The notes under the pieces are model-generated. The model was not told where the DNA came from. It saw nothing but the letters and a program-made list of their open reading frames with translations, and searched no databases. DNA of 64,000 nt, taken from NCBI RefSeq assembly GCF_006345805.1, contig NC_042997.1, positions 205,654,001-205,718,000 on the forward strand. Direction: 5' to 3'. This document shows positions 12,751 to 24,453 of this stretch, one piece after another. Both the position numbers and the translations under genes were made by a program. Positions within the stretch are counted from its first letter, which is position 1, and each line of letters starts with the position of its first letter. The DNA comes from Octopus sinensis. Taxonomy: Eukaryota.

Positions 12751-14724
12751 CTAGTCCTGCCGGGTCCTCTCATGCACAGCACACTTCCATAGGACTCGGT
12801 CTTCAGTCATTTCCTTGGTGAGACCTAAAGTTCGAAGGTCGTGCTTCACCACCTCGTCCCAGGTTTTCCTGGGTCTACCTCTTCCACAGGTTCCCTCAAC
12901 TGCTAGGGTGTAGCACTTTTGCACACAACTATCTTCAGCCATTCTCGTCACATGACCATACCAGCGCAGCCGTCTCTCTTGCACACCACAACTGACACTT
13001 CTTAGGTTCAACTTTTCTCTCAAAGTACTTACACTCTGACGATTATGAACACTGACATTACACATCCATCGGAGCATACTGGCTTCATTTCTTGCAAGCT
13101 TACGCATATCCTCAGCTGTCACGGCCCATGTTTCACTACCATGTAGCATGGCTGTACGTACACACGCATCATATAGTCTGCCTTTTACTCTTAGCGAGAG
13201 ACCTTTTGTCACCAGCAGGGGTAAGAGCTCTCTAAACTTTGCCCAGGCTATTCTTACTCTAGCAGTTACGCTTTCAGCACACCCACCCCCGCTACTGACT
13301 TGGTCTCCTAGGTAGCGGAAGCTATCAACTACTTCTAGTTTGTCTCCCTGGAACGTGGTAGAAGTTGGACTCTGCACATTTCCAGTGTTTATTTCTCCTG
13401 AGCATCTGCCACAGACAAAAACTATTTTCTTAGTTAGCCTTCCCTTGACATTGCTGCACCTCTTATGTGTCCATAGCTTACACTTGGTGCACCTTATAGA
13501 GTTTCTACCTACACCTTTTTTACAGATCGAGCAGGGCCATCTACCTGAAGTCGTTTGTGGTTGGTCCACCTTCCTACTTATTAGGACTTTGGTTTTGGCT
13601 AGGTTGATTCTAAGGCCCTTCGATTCTAATCCTTGTTTCCACACCTGAAACTTCTCCTCCAGTTCTGATAGTGACTCAGCAATTAGAGCAAGGTCATCAG
13701 CATAGAGGAGCTCCCAGGGGCATCCTGTCTTAAATTCTTCCGTTATTGCCTGGAGGACTATGATAAATAGGAGGGGGCTGAGGACTGAACCTTGGTGGAC
13801 CCCAACCTCTACCCGGAATTCTTCACTGTACTCGTTGCCAACCCTCACCTTACTAGCTGCGTCTCTGTACATGGCTCGCACAGCTCTCACTAACCATTCA
13901 TCTATCCCTAGTTTCCTCATTGACCACCAGATAAGGGATCGGGGGACCCTGTCAAAGGCTTTCTCTAAGTCAACAAAAGCCAGGTACAAGGGCTTACCTT
14001 TGGCTAGGTATTTCTCCTGCAGCTGTCTTACCAGGAATATAGCATCAGTAGTACTTTTCCCTGGCACGAACCCAAACTGCATATCATCTAAGCTAACTCT
14101 CTCTCTAATTAACTGGGCTATAACCCTCTCCGTAACCTTCATTACCTGATCCAACAGCTTGATGCCTCTGTAGTTATTTGTATCTAGGGCATCACCTTTA
14201 CCTTTGTAGCAGTTGACTATTATGCTGCTACACCAGTCCTTGGGTATGACTCCTTCGTGTATCACCTGGTTAACTATACGGGAGACTATGCTATAGCCGA
14301 CACTACCAGATATTTTGAGCATCTCTGCAGTAATTCCTGATGGGCCTGGGGCTTTCCCTGTCTTCATGCTTCTAATTGCCTTAGCTACCACGGAACTATC
14401 AACTCGGATAGCTGGTCCCTCTGTTGGGTCAACATTCGGCAGACTCTCTTTATCCCATTCATTTTCCTCATTCAGCAACCTTTCATAGTGGCGTCTCCAA
14501 GCTTCTCTCTTTGCATCCTCATTTAACGCAAGTGAACCATCCTCCATGCGAACACATTTCTCTCCTACCACATCTCGATTTTCTCTCACACACTGTCTTG
14601 CAACACGAAATACCTCAAGTCTTTCATCCTCACGGCGCAGGACATTGGCAAATTTTCTTTTATCTGCTTCCCCTCTGGCTAGATAGACCTGTCTCCTAGC
14701 TTCCCTTCTGGCAGTCTGATACAT
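12751..14724 (-). CDS. RTE reverse transcriptase with C-terminal Cys/His finger
   Basis: KAPGPSG, NYRGIKL, QFGF, FVDLEKAFDRV, GVHQGSVLSP, YADD, FRYLG, RGRPRKTW; 657 aa uninterrupted. Confidence 0.95.
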   Translation of the reverse strand: MYQTARREARRQVYLARGEADKRKFANVLRREDERLEVFRVARQCVRENRDVVGEKCVRMEDGSLALNEDAKREAWRRHYERLLNEENEWDKESLPNVDPTEGPAIRVDSSVVAKAIRSMKTGKAPGPSGITAEMLKISGSVGYSIVSRIVNQVIHEGVIPKDWCSSIIVNCYKGKGDALDTNNYRGIKLLDQVMKVTERVIAQLIRERVSLDDMQFGFVPGKSTTDAIFLVRQLQEKYLAKGKPLYLAFVDLEKAFDRVPRSLIWWSMRKLGIDEWLVRAVRAMYRDAASKVRVGNEYSEEFRVEVGVHQGSVLSPLLFIIVLQAITEEFKTGCPWELLYADDLALIAESLSELEEKFQVWKQGLESKGLRINLAKTKVLISRKVDQPQTTSGRWPCSICKKGVGRNSIRCTKCKLWTHKRCSNVKGRLTKKIVFVCGRCSGEINTGNVQSPTSTTFQGDKLEVVDSFRYLGDQVSSGGGCAESVTARVRIAWAKFRELLPLLVTKGLSLRVKGRLYDACVRTAMLHGSETWAVTAEDMRKLARNEASMLRWMCNVSVHNRQSVSTLREKLNLRSVSCGVQERRLRWYGHVTRMAEDSCVQKCYTLAVEGTCGRGRPRKTWDEVVKHDLRTLGLTKEMTEDRVLWKCAVHERTRQD

Positions 14725-14915
14725 TTCCCTGCTACCACCGTTCTTCCAGGCCTTCCAAGCCTGTTTCTTTTGTCTAATAGCCCTATCAACAATATTGTTC
14801 CACCACCATGTTATTTTGGGTCTTAAGGGGACTTTGCACCAGCCACAGATCTGGTCAGCGGCTTTCAGCAGGTTGTCCCTCAGAAACGTCCAGTTGTCTT
14901 CTACCCCATGTGTAG

Positions 14916-15881
14916 CTATACCCCTTCCACTTCGTCAAAGGCTTCAAGTAACATATCTCTAAATCTCTGTCCATTCGCAGGGTCTTTAAGCTTCCAGACC
15001 CTTCTTCTCCATGTTGGTCGTCTTCTAGTCGACCTCTTAGTCCTGATCCTAAAGTCACTAACTACCAGTCTATGTTGTGGGGTGCATTCTTCGCCCGGGA
15101 AGGTTTTGGCATTTATAAGCAGCCATCTTTCCCTTTTTCTGGCGAGGATGTAGTCGATTTGGCTAGCATGCCGGCCCGATCGGTAGGTGACCAGGTGGCT
15201 TGTTGGTTTCCTGAAGTTAGTGTTGCAGATCATAAGACTATTCGCATCGCAGAACTCCAGCAGCCTGGTTCCCTCCTCGTTGCGGGAACCATAACCGTAG
15301 CCTCCATGCACGCCATGGAAGCCCCCAGCATGTCGTCCAACATGCCCATTGAAATCACCAGCCACAAAGAGAAGGTCCCTGTCGTTCGTCAATGAGGTGG
15401 TCTGCAGTAGGGTGTCATAGAAACTGTCTTTCTGTCCATCGGGTAGCCCTGGCTGAGGGGCATAGGCCGATATAATGGTTGCTAATCTATGATGAAGCAC
15501 TATTCTAATCTTAAGTATTCTGTCACTTACTCTGATTACCTCAATTACTCTATCTATCCATTTCTCAGCGATAAGTATACCCACGCCACCAACCCCGTCA
15601 GTGTTCCCTGCCCAGAAAATCTTGTACCTGTGTTCCTTGCCTGTGAGGAACCTAGCAGATCCTCCTCTCCACCTTATTTCTTGCATACAACATACGTCAA
15701 CACGTCTCCGTTCAAGCATCTCGACTATCTCGCCAGACCTACCTTTCAGTGTGCCAGCGTTGAGGGTGCCCACCCTGAGGGGGTGGAAGGAATTGACCCG
15801 AGAGGCCCAGGGACGGGGAGCAGTGCCGTCATGTACCTGAAAAGAAGAAGAAAACTCGCATTTGGCAGAATTCATAAGCAA
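14916..15881 (-). CDS. RTE apurinic-like endonuclease domain
   Basis: GTLN, MQEIRW, GVGGVGI, SAYAPQ, GDFNGHVG, QIDYIL, QHRLVV. Confidence 0.92.
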   Translation of the reverse strand: MLMNSAKCEFSSSFQVHDGTAPRPWASRVNSFHPLRVGTLNAGTLKGRSGEIVEMLERRRVDVCCMQEIRWRGGSARFLTGKEHRYKIFWAGNTDGVGGVGILIAEKWIDRVIEVIRVSDRILKIRIVLHHRLATIISAYAPQPGLPDGQKDSFYDTLLQTTSLTNDRDLLFVAGDFNGHVGRHAGGFHGVHGGYGYGSRNEEGTRLLEFCDANSLMICNTNFRKPTSHLVTYRSGRHASQIDYILARKRERWLLINAKTFPGEECTPQHRLVVSDFRIRTKRSTRRRPTWRRRVWKLKDPANGQRFRDMLLEAFDEVEGV

Positions 15882-16659
15882 AGCAATGAACTTAAGTTCA
15901 ACCTGTTACACTGCACTAACATGTTTTTGCGCCGTATGGTCACCACCATATATAGAAGGGGTGGTATTGGTTTAAGGCCTTTAGGTGTTCATGGAAGAAA
16001 AGCAAAGGAAGGCAAGGTGAGATAAGGACTTCCGGTACTGGTGGTGGGGGCGGGAGGGCGGGCGCACTGCGCACTGGGAGAAGACGAGATTTAGGCGGCA
16101 GTAAGAAAGGCAAGATTTGAGATGGAAAGGTTTGCGGTCGTGTGCATAATTTTCTATGAGTGTAAGTTGGGAAAGATGGGTTAGAGAATTAAGCGACAGA
16201 GAGACCAGATTTGAGACGAGATGTTTTTTTGCGGTCGTGTGAATAAGTTTTTGTGAGCGAAAGTTTATATGCTTCAGCTAGCATTTGAGACGAAGGATAA
16301 CGTTAATATATGGGGGACACAATAATAAGGCTTGATGGTGATAATAATACTTGCAAAAACAATGAAAGAGGGACAGGTCGTGAACTTAAATATGACTTAG
16401 CTGATATTATTCATCGTCCTGCGGTTCGAAGTTCGTGTGTTATAGCCAGGAGGAAAGCAGTAATAAGGGCGGTCAAGCCTCGTGCGTAGGGTTTTATAGG
16501 GGAGGGGGATCGGAGGTGTGGGTAGAAGCCTGTGGCAGCGAGTGAAAGTGAAATATATATATATATATAGAGAGAGAGAGACAGTGATGTGCGTAGGGTT
16601 TTATAGGGGAGGGGGATCGGAGGTGTGGGTAGAAGCCTGTGGCAGCGAGTGAAAGTGAA

Positions 16660-16690
<31 letters not shown>

Positions 16691-16850
16691 CAGCGATAAC
16701 AGAGGGAGAAAACGACACCGCAGAGAAAGAGAGAGAGAGAGAGGGAGGGAGAGAGACATGGTGATAACAGAGGGGCAAAAACGACATTGCGCACTGGGAG
16801 AAGACGAGATTTAGGCGGCAGTAAGAAAGGCAAGATTTGAGATGGAAAGG

Positions 16851-16879
<29 letters not shown>

Positions 16880-16881
<2 letters not shown>

Positions 16882-18115
16882 CACTCAGTGAATAAGGAAT
16901 TTGAGGACATATGTTTTTGGGGTCACTGCCACGTTTTTTACTAACTCTGTATAATCTTTGTTTCAGAAAATAATAATGGCAGACCCTCAGCTTACTCAAG
17001 AAATGAAGAGGCATGCTGTTATTGTGGTTATAAAGGCTGAGAATAGTGATTTAGAAAAATCTTATGTTTTAAAAGTTGCCAGATCTTTCGTCTACAAAGT
17101 TTGTAAGGAAACAGAGACTGAATATGGAAACGTGTCACCAGTATCAAAGCATAAAAAAAAAACATTCTAAACACTCTGAAATCATCAGAACACTTGAATT
17201 TATCCAACAAGTTCAACAGACCATTGATTACACTCCCAGAAAGTCCATGAGGTCAATTGCAAAAGATCTCCATGTGTCAGAAGGAACAGTCAGTAATGTT
17301 GTCCAAGAAAACATCAGATATAAGTCTTATATGATGAGGAAAGGTTAATTTATGTTAGAAAAAGCAAAAGAAAATCACTACATCAGATCTAAAAGGATCT
17401 TAAACAAACTGAAAAATCCAGCAGAAGAAGATTTGATTTAGTTTTTCTCAAACGAGATCTAAAAGTTAACAGAAGAAATGACAGATGGTTATGTGCAAAC
17501 CCTTCTGAAATTCCAAGTGTTATGCATACAAAATTTCCTGAAACTATCATAGTTTTAGGGGTTGTCAGCAATGAAGGACATGTGATACCTCCTTACTTCT
17601 TTCCACAAGGCCTAAGAGTTAATTCTGCCGCCTACACTGAGGTCCTAGAAATAATTGTTAAACCCTGGATAGATAGTGTATACAATGGAAGGCCATATGT
17701 GTTTCAGTAAGATTCTGCACTATCACACATGGCTCTCGTAACACAGGAATGGATGGCTGAACATTTTCATGATCACATAACCCCTAACATTTGGCCTCCT
17801 AATTCCCCAGATCTCAATCTGTCGGACTATTACATGTGGAGCATTGTTGAGAAAGCGGTCAATGAATATACCCATAACACCAAAGATTCTATAAAAGCTG
17901 CCATAGTCAGAATGATGTCCAAAATGAATCAGGACCACTTGATTTGAGCATGTAGATGATTTAAATTTCAGGTAGAAGCAGTTCTTGAAGCTGAAGGTGG
18001 CTTCATTGAATAACATTATAGAAAAGAAGGTTTATTTTTATCCTCATAGCATTTTCTGATAAATAAAATTATTATCTGTTATTATATATCTGTTTTTTTT
18101 AATATCTTACACACC

Positions 18116-18118
<3 letters not shown>
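16880..18118 (+). mobile_element. Degenerate Tc1/mariner-superfamily transposon (DD37D/maT-like)
   Basis: KSMRSIAKDLHVS HTH, VLGVVSNEG, YVFQ*DSA, WPPNSPDLNLSDYYMW; ends in cacaccctg-TA. Confidence 0.85.
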
Positions 18119-18157
<39 letters not shown>

Positions 18158-18189
18158 GGTGTGTAAGATATTTGAGGACAGATTTATGT

Positions 18190-20135
18190 CATCAATTAAC
18201 GTCCGTTTTCCATGCTGGCATGGGTTAGACGGTTTGACTAAGGTCTAGAGAGCCAGCGGTTGCACCAGGCTCCATTTGGTCTGGCAGAGTTTCTATGGCT
18301 GGATGCCCTTCCTAATGCCAACCACTCTGAGAGTGTAGTGGGTGCTTTTTACATGCCACCAGCACTGGAACCAGTAAGGTGGGCTTGGCAACGATCACAT
18401 TCGGATGATACTTTTTATGTGCCACCGGCAGAGGAACAAGTCAAGGGGTACTGGCATCAGTCACGATCGGTTGTTTTTTTTTATGTGGCACTGGCACAGT
18501 ATCCAGTCAGGCAAACCACGTTTGAATGGTATCTTTGATGTGCCATCAGCATGGGAGCTAGCCAGAGGGCACCAGCCCCAGCTACGATGTTGGTTTTACT
18601 TGACTCAACAGGTCTTCTCAAGCAACACACTAGGGGCATTCTTAACAGAGCTGGACGTGCATGGCTGCCATCTCACTTTAGTTGCTGGGCCTTCTCAAAC
18701 ACAGTACATCTCCAAAGGTCTCCTGTCATTACCTCCGTGAGGCCCAATTTTCGAAGGTCATACTTCACCACCTCATCCCATGTCTTCTTGAGTCTACTTC
18801 TTCCACAGGTTCCTTCAACAGTTAGGGAGTGGTACTTCCTCACACAGCTGTCTTCATTCATACGTAACACATGGCCATACCAGCGCAGTGATCTCTCTTG
18901 CACACCACATTTGATGCTTTTTATGCACTTACACTCTGTCTTCTGTGCACACTGATATTACACATCCAGCGGATCATACTAGCTTCATTTCTTTCAAGTC
19001 TATGCATGTCCTCAGCTGTCACACCCCATGTTTCACGGCTGTGTAGCATGGCAGTTCACACGCATGCATCATACAGTCTACCTTTCACCCTGAGTAAGAG
19101 GCCTTTAGTTGCCAGGAGAGGTAGAAGCTCCCTGAGCTTTGACCAGGCTATTCTTATTCTAGCCGGTACACTCTCAGAGCAACCACTCCCGCTACAGATT
19201 TGGTTGCCTAGGTAGCGGAAGCTATTAACTACTTCTAGCTTCTTGCCCTGGCATGTGATGGAATATGTTTTTTGAACATCTTCAGTGTTTATTACCCCAG
19301 TGCATCTGCCACACACAAAAACTGTTTTCCTGGTTAACCTTCCTTTGATATTGCTGCACCTTTTATATGTCCAAAGCTTACACTGGGTACATCGCATGGT
19401 GTTTCTACCCACACCTTTTCCTCAGAACGAGCAGGGCCATCTACCTGAAGGGGTTTGCGATCTGTCAGCCTCCCTACCTGCTAAGGCTTTGGTTTTTGCT
19501 ACATTAACCCTAAGGCCCTTCGATTCTAGACCTTGCTTCCATACTCTAAACTTTGTCTCCAGTTCTGGTAGTGACTTGGCAATTAGAGCAAGGTCATCAG
19601 CATAAAGCAGCTCCCAAGGGCAGCCTGCCTTGAATTCCTGTTATTGTTTGGAGGACTATGAGAGGGGGCTGAAGATTGGTCCTTGGTGAACCCCTACTTC
19701 TACCTGGGATTCTTTACTATACTCATTGCCGACCCTCACCTTACTGACAGCATCCTTGTATATGGTTTGTGCAGCTCTCACTAACCACTTATCTATTCCT
19801 AGTTTCCACATTGACCAACAGTTAAGGGATAAGGGGACACTGTCAAAGGCTTTCTCCATGTCATTGAAAGCCAGGTACAAAGGTTTAACTTTGGCTAGGT
19901 ATTTCTTCTGCAGTTGCCTTACCAGAAATATAGCATCAGTGGTGCTTCTGCCTAGTACAAAACCAAACTGAATCTCATCTAGGCTAACTCTCTCCCTACT
20001 TAGTTGGGCTATGACCCTCTATGGTGCTGCTACACCAGCCATTGTGTATGACTCCTTCATTAACTACCTGATTTACAATGCGGGTGACAAGGCCATAATC
20101 CACACTGCCCGATATTTTAAGCATCTCAGCGGTGA
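18190..20135 (-). mobile_element. Degenerate 5'-truncated RTE LINE
   Basis: ORF fragments 19656-19880, 19056-19412 and 18673-18903 are homologous to 12751-14724; 3' tail at 18190-18540. Confidence 0.92.
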
Positions 20136-20160
20136 TTTATATATATATATATATATATAA

Positions 20161-20498
20161 GGGTAAAGACCCCCTTCGGTCATGAATGACCATGGGATTG
20201 CACCTAGAAAGTTACCCTCCTAGACACAAGTCTGGGCAAGGTTGTTTATGGAAGACCAGCAGTCGCCCATGCATACCGGCCTCCCCTCTCCACGTCACCG
20301 ATGTTGTCCAAGGGAAAGGCAAGGGCCGATACAGCTTGGCACCTGTGACGTCGCAACTCATTTCTACAGCTGAGTGAACTGGAGCAACGTGAAATAAAGT
20401 GCCTTGCTCAAGAACACAACACGCAGCCCGGTCCGGGATTCGAGCTCACAACCTCGCGATCGTAAGCTCGATGCTCTAACCACTGAGCCATGTGCCTT
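20161..20498 (-). mobile_element. tRNA-derived SINE
   Basis: Minus strand starts ggcacatggctcagtggttagagc (A box) and contains gctcgaatcc (B-box-like), then core cttgagcaaggcactt...ccagttcactcagctgt; flanked by (TA)n. Confidence 0.85.
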
Positions 20499-20517
20499 CA
20501 TTGAGCCATGTGCCTTG

Positions 20518-20551
<34 letters not shown>

Positions 20552-21189
20552 TATGTGTGTGTGTGTGTGTGTGTGTATGTATATATATATAAAATAAGGT
20601 AAGAAAATGGATTACTGTGCATACATAGTTAATTTATTTGTATCATAGTTTAAGGTGAAAATTTCAATACAAACATAATGTAAAACGCAAAAAGGAAAAG
20701 CTATAAGACTACATATATGTTTCAATTCCGGCCCCTTTTTAATTCAGAATTCAAAACATTTGGATTGAGTCAAATGTTAAGAATTGGTTATCATTTTCAA
20801 CTATATGGAGCAGAATCTCTTCAGGGTTCTTTTGAGTTTATAAAACAAAGGTTAACATATTTCTTCATATATATTATGTGTATGTATTTGCCTGGTATCT
20901 AAGTATTGACAAGGACCATGAGTAGGGAGTAGAGACTTCACATGAATGCAAGGAGTGTGGGTGTGGGAAATGCAGTGACTGGTAAAACCTTGGCATAAAG
21001 AGGGGGTGGGGGACAACAAGATAGCAATGGCACAGTGAGCAGGGCAGTGAGGACAGGATTGGAGGGCAAGAGATAAGCGTAGTGAATGAGAAAGAGGAGA
21101 GATGGAGTTCGGTTTGTTGGATGGTGGTGGGCGTGGTGGAAGCCATTGTGGTTCTGGAACTCAGTTTCTCTGAATTGGGTGGTTTATCT

Positions 21190-21700
21190 CAAGAACCTCA
21201 TATCACCAGACATTTCGGTCCATTGTCAATTCCTCCCTGAGGCCCAACATCCTGAGATTGGTCCTCACCCTTCCCTTCCATGTCTGCCTCGGTCTCCCTC
21301 TTCCACAGGTACCATCCACTTTCAGTGATAGGCTCTTCTTTATACAACTGTCCTCATTCATACGCATCACATGTCCAAACCAACATACTCTTCCCTCTTG
21401 CATGCTGCTCCTGACTCCCTTTATGCACAACATTTCCCTCAACACATTTGCACTTTGTCATACATGCACAATGATGTTGCACATCCAACAGGGCATACTG
21501 CTTTCGCTCCTCTCTACTCTGTGCATATTTTCTGCATTAAGAGCCTAGATCTCAATGCTCATACGCAAGCATCATACAGTCTACCTTTCACTTTGTGAGA
21601 GAGAGTCCTTTTGTGGCCATCAGAAATAAAACGTCTCTGAATTTCCTCCATCCCATTCTTATTCTAGAAACAATACTTTCAGAACATTCTCCACCATAGC
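21190..21700 (-). mobile_element. Old RTE 3' coding fragment
   Basis: ORF 21203-21445: WFGHVMRMNEDSC...GRGRPRQTW. Confidence 0.85.
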
Positions 21701-21719
21701 CTATTGGTTAATTATAAAT

Positions 21720-24128
21720 GAAAATACAATCATAACCTTCCACAAAAGTAGTAAAGTAATACAGCTATAGTAAAGAAGCTTAAAATTAACGAAATGAGAG
21801 TCTGGAAAATTGTCAAGAAATTTTAAGAGACTGGTTCCACCACTGACTGACCTAGACGCAAGCGAACAAGAATTCTGAAGACCTCTCAGCTTATCAAAAA
21901 AGTACCATGGAAAATATATGGTGAAGTCCTAGTTGATCCATTAGAAAACTAGCTGCCACAGTGAAAATAAATTGGAAATCAGTGTATCAGGTGCAGTAGG
22001 AGGATCTTAGGACCCAACCCTATAAGATGATCCACCATCATGATCTTACGTAAGTTTATAAGGTGATGTGACTGGAAAGAAGCCATCTTATCTTGCATCA
22101 GATTGCTAAAGACAAGCTTCCCAGCCTGGTGTTCCCTGTTGGAAAGAAACTTGACACCGAACAAACGGTAAACCATCAGAACAACCGACATTTTGAGTGT
22201 ATCTGGTTCTGTCAAGGATAGACTTATAAATCGATGTCAAAATCAACAATCAGTTATGGTTTGGGTGGCTGTGAAAGCCACAGGAAGGTCTCCCTTCATT
22301 TTTGTGCCCTCAGATGTTAAAATTAACATTAAAAATAACATTAGTGACATTCTAGAAGTTTAACTGCTTCCCTGGATGAATGAGCACTTTCATGGCATAC
22401 GAGGGGCGTTCAATAAGTAATGCCCCTGACCCACTTCCCATAGCAGTAGAGCAACAAAACTTGGCATAGTTATTAGTCTTTTTCTACATAGGAGCCAACC
22501 AGAGTTACGCATTTCTCCAATTGTTTGATGCAGCTCTGGAGACCGTTTTTGTAGAAGACCCAGCTTGGTCCTCCAACCACAATGTGACTTCAGAAATCAA
22601 GGTTGCATCATCTGGGAAACGCTTTCCTTTCAAAAACAACTTCATGGCTGGGAAAAGATGAAAATCAGAGGGTGCAAGGTCAGGAGAGTAGGGGGGATGA
22701 GGGAGGAGTTCATAGCTGCACGCCTGTGCTTCTGATCTGGCAACACGCGAGTTGTGGACCGGAGCATTGTCCTGCAGGAGGAGGATGCCTTTGCTGATCT
22801 TGCCCCGCCTCTTGATTTTGATAGCTTCTCTTAATTTCCACAAAAGTGAAGCATAATAGGCTCCTGTAATTGTGGTACCATTTGCCAGGAAATCTGTCAT
22901 CACTATTCCGTCCTGGTCCCAGAAGACTGTGAGCATGACCTTGGCAGCAGAGGGCTGCACCCTTGCCTTCTTTGGAGGAGGTGAGTCACGGTGCTTCCAC
23001 TGCATTGACTGGGCTTTGGTCTCTGGATCATAGTGATGGACCCAGGTTTCATCCTGTGTAATCAGTCTTTTGAAAAATTTTGACTCATCTTCTTGGCACA
23101 TCTCCAAATTCATCCTTGAGCACTCGACGCGTTCTTGCTTCTGGAAAGGTGTGAGCAACCTGGGAATCCATCTGGTAGACACCTTTTGCATATGCAAATG
23201 GTCATGAATGATAGTTTCCACAGACCCGGTACTAATCTTGACCTCATGGGCTATTTGGCGAATAGTTATGCGTCGATCTTCCAAAATGGCAGCCTCAACT
23301 TGACGGACAGATGCCTCATGAATGGCAGAAGTGAGGCGACCAGATCTGGGAGCTGTTTCCACAGAGTTCCGACCATGTTTGAATTCACGATGCCAGCGGT
23401 TTACAAGGTCATATGATGGGGCATCATCACCATAAGTTACTTTCATTTCATCAAAAGTCTCCTGTGGTGTGCGTCCTTTCAAATACAAAACCGGATCACT
23501 GCTCGACACTCAACAGGCTCCACTTCATACTTGACTCAGTTCAAGCACCTATAAATCAGAAACCATAATTAGTTCAGAGCTGTAATTTGCCACTTAATCT
23601 ATAGAGATATAAATAATTGCACATGCAAAATTTCAGCTAGATCAAACATCTGCAAGTGGGTCAGGGGCATTACTTATTGAACGTCCCTCATACGTTAGAG
23701 CTTACAACTGGACTTGGCACCATCCAACAGCTCCAAATAGACACAACAGTGGATTCAGAAAGACATTCCGTCGTTGTTAGTCAAGGACATATGGTCCTCA
23801 AGAAGCCCCAATCTCAATCCATTGGGTTTTTCTGTTTGGCCCATTTTGGTCTTGAGCACTCCCCAAGTTTGCTCAATGCTCTGGAGACAATACTGTGCCA
23901 GGAATGGGCTTTGGTTCCACAAGAACAATTGTGAACTGCATGTGTAGCATTTGCACCTAGAGTTGCATCTGTGTCTTGAAAAAGAGGTGGTCATATTGAT
24001 TAAATGTGGTAGAGTCATAATTGTGTTTCATTTACCATTGCATTGTAATGCTCTGAACCGAAATATAACAATATTTGGCTTTGGCAAAATTGGAAAAAGG
24101 TAGTTGCTTCAAATTTGGGACACAGTGT
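21720..24128 (+). mobile_element. Highly degenerate DD37D-like transposon split by a mariner insertion
   Basis: VMVWVAV...SPFIFVPSDVKIN before 22400 continues as QLDLAPS...WSSRSPNLNPLGFSVW after 23690; boundaries approximate. Confidence 0.65.
22400..23690 (-). mobile_element. Mariner (DD34D) transposon, ~1.29 kb
   Basis: TIRs cgaggggcgttcaataagtaatgcccctgacccactt / aagtgggtcaggggcattacttattgaacgtccctca with TA TSD; ORF 22505-23509 has WIPRLL, QDETW, QDNAPVH, HPPYSPDLAPSDF; both ORF ends look frameshifted. Confidence 0.95.
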
Positions 24129-24131
24129 ATG

Positions 24132-24185
<54 letters not shown>

Positions 24186-24276
24186 TGCATGAGTAGACAA
24201 AAGGAATGTGATGAGTAAACACACACACACAGATATTGTGTATATATATATATATATAGGGAGAGAGAGAGAGTGT

Positions 24277-24453
24277 GTGGTTGTATACTGTCAACTTAAC
24301 GTGACGGTCCCATAAGGGAATTACACATACCGTTGTTTAGCCCTAGGAAGCATTGACGCTTCTTGTTGGCCTTGACACATTTCCTGTGTCCTTATATATT
24401 TACGAAGGGGTGACAAACACCCCCAACACGTTAAGTTGACAGTATACAACCAC
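24277..24453. mobile_element. MITE-like element with perfect 27-bp terminal inverted repeats
   Basis: gtggttgtatactgtcaacttaacgtg (24277-24303) is the exact reverse complement of 24427-24453. Confidence 0.7.

Larger units (their letters stand above)
12061..16850 (-). mobile_element. Near full-length RTE-clade LINE (APE-RT-PHD-like finger), single frameshift
   Basis: APE ORF 14916-15881 and RT ORF 12751-14724 join if one G is added at 14921-14924; 3' (GAT)n tail; (TA)n on both flanks; 5' boundary approximate. Confidence 0.93.

Noticed and set aside
20420-20498. tRNA gene
   Set aside because: The tRNA-like head continues into a SINE body and lacks a proper acceptor stem
22505-23509. Domesticated SETMAR-like gene
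   Set aside because: Has TIRs, a TA TSD and frameshifted ends with no SET domain; an ordinary mariner copy
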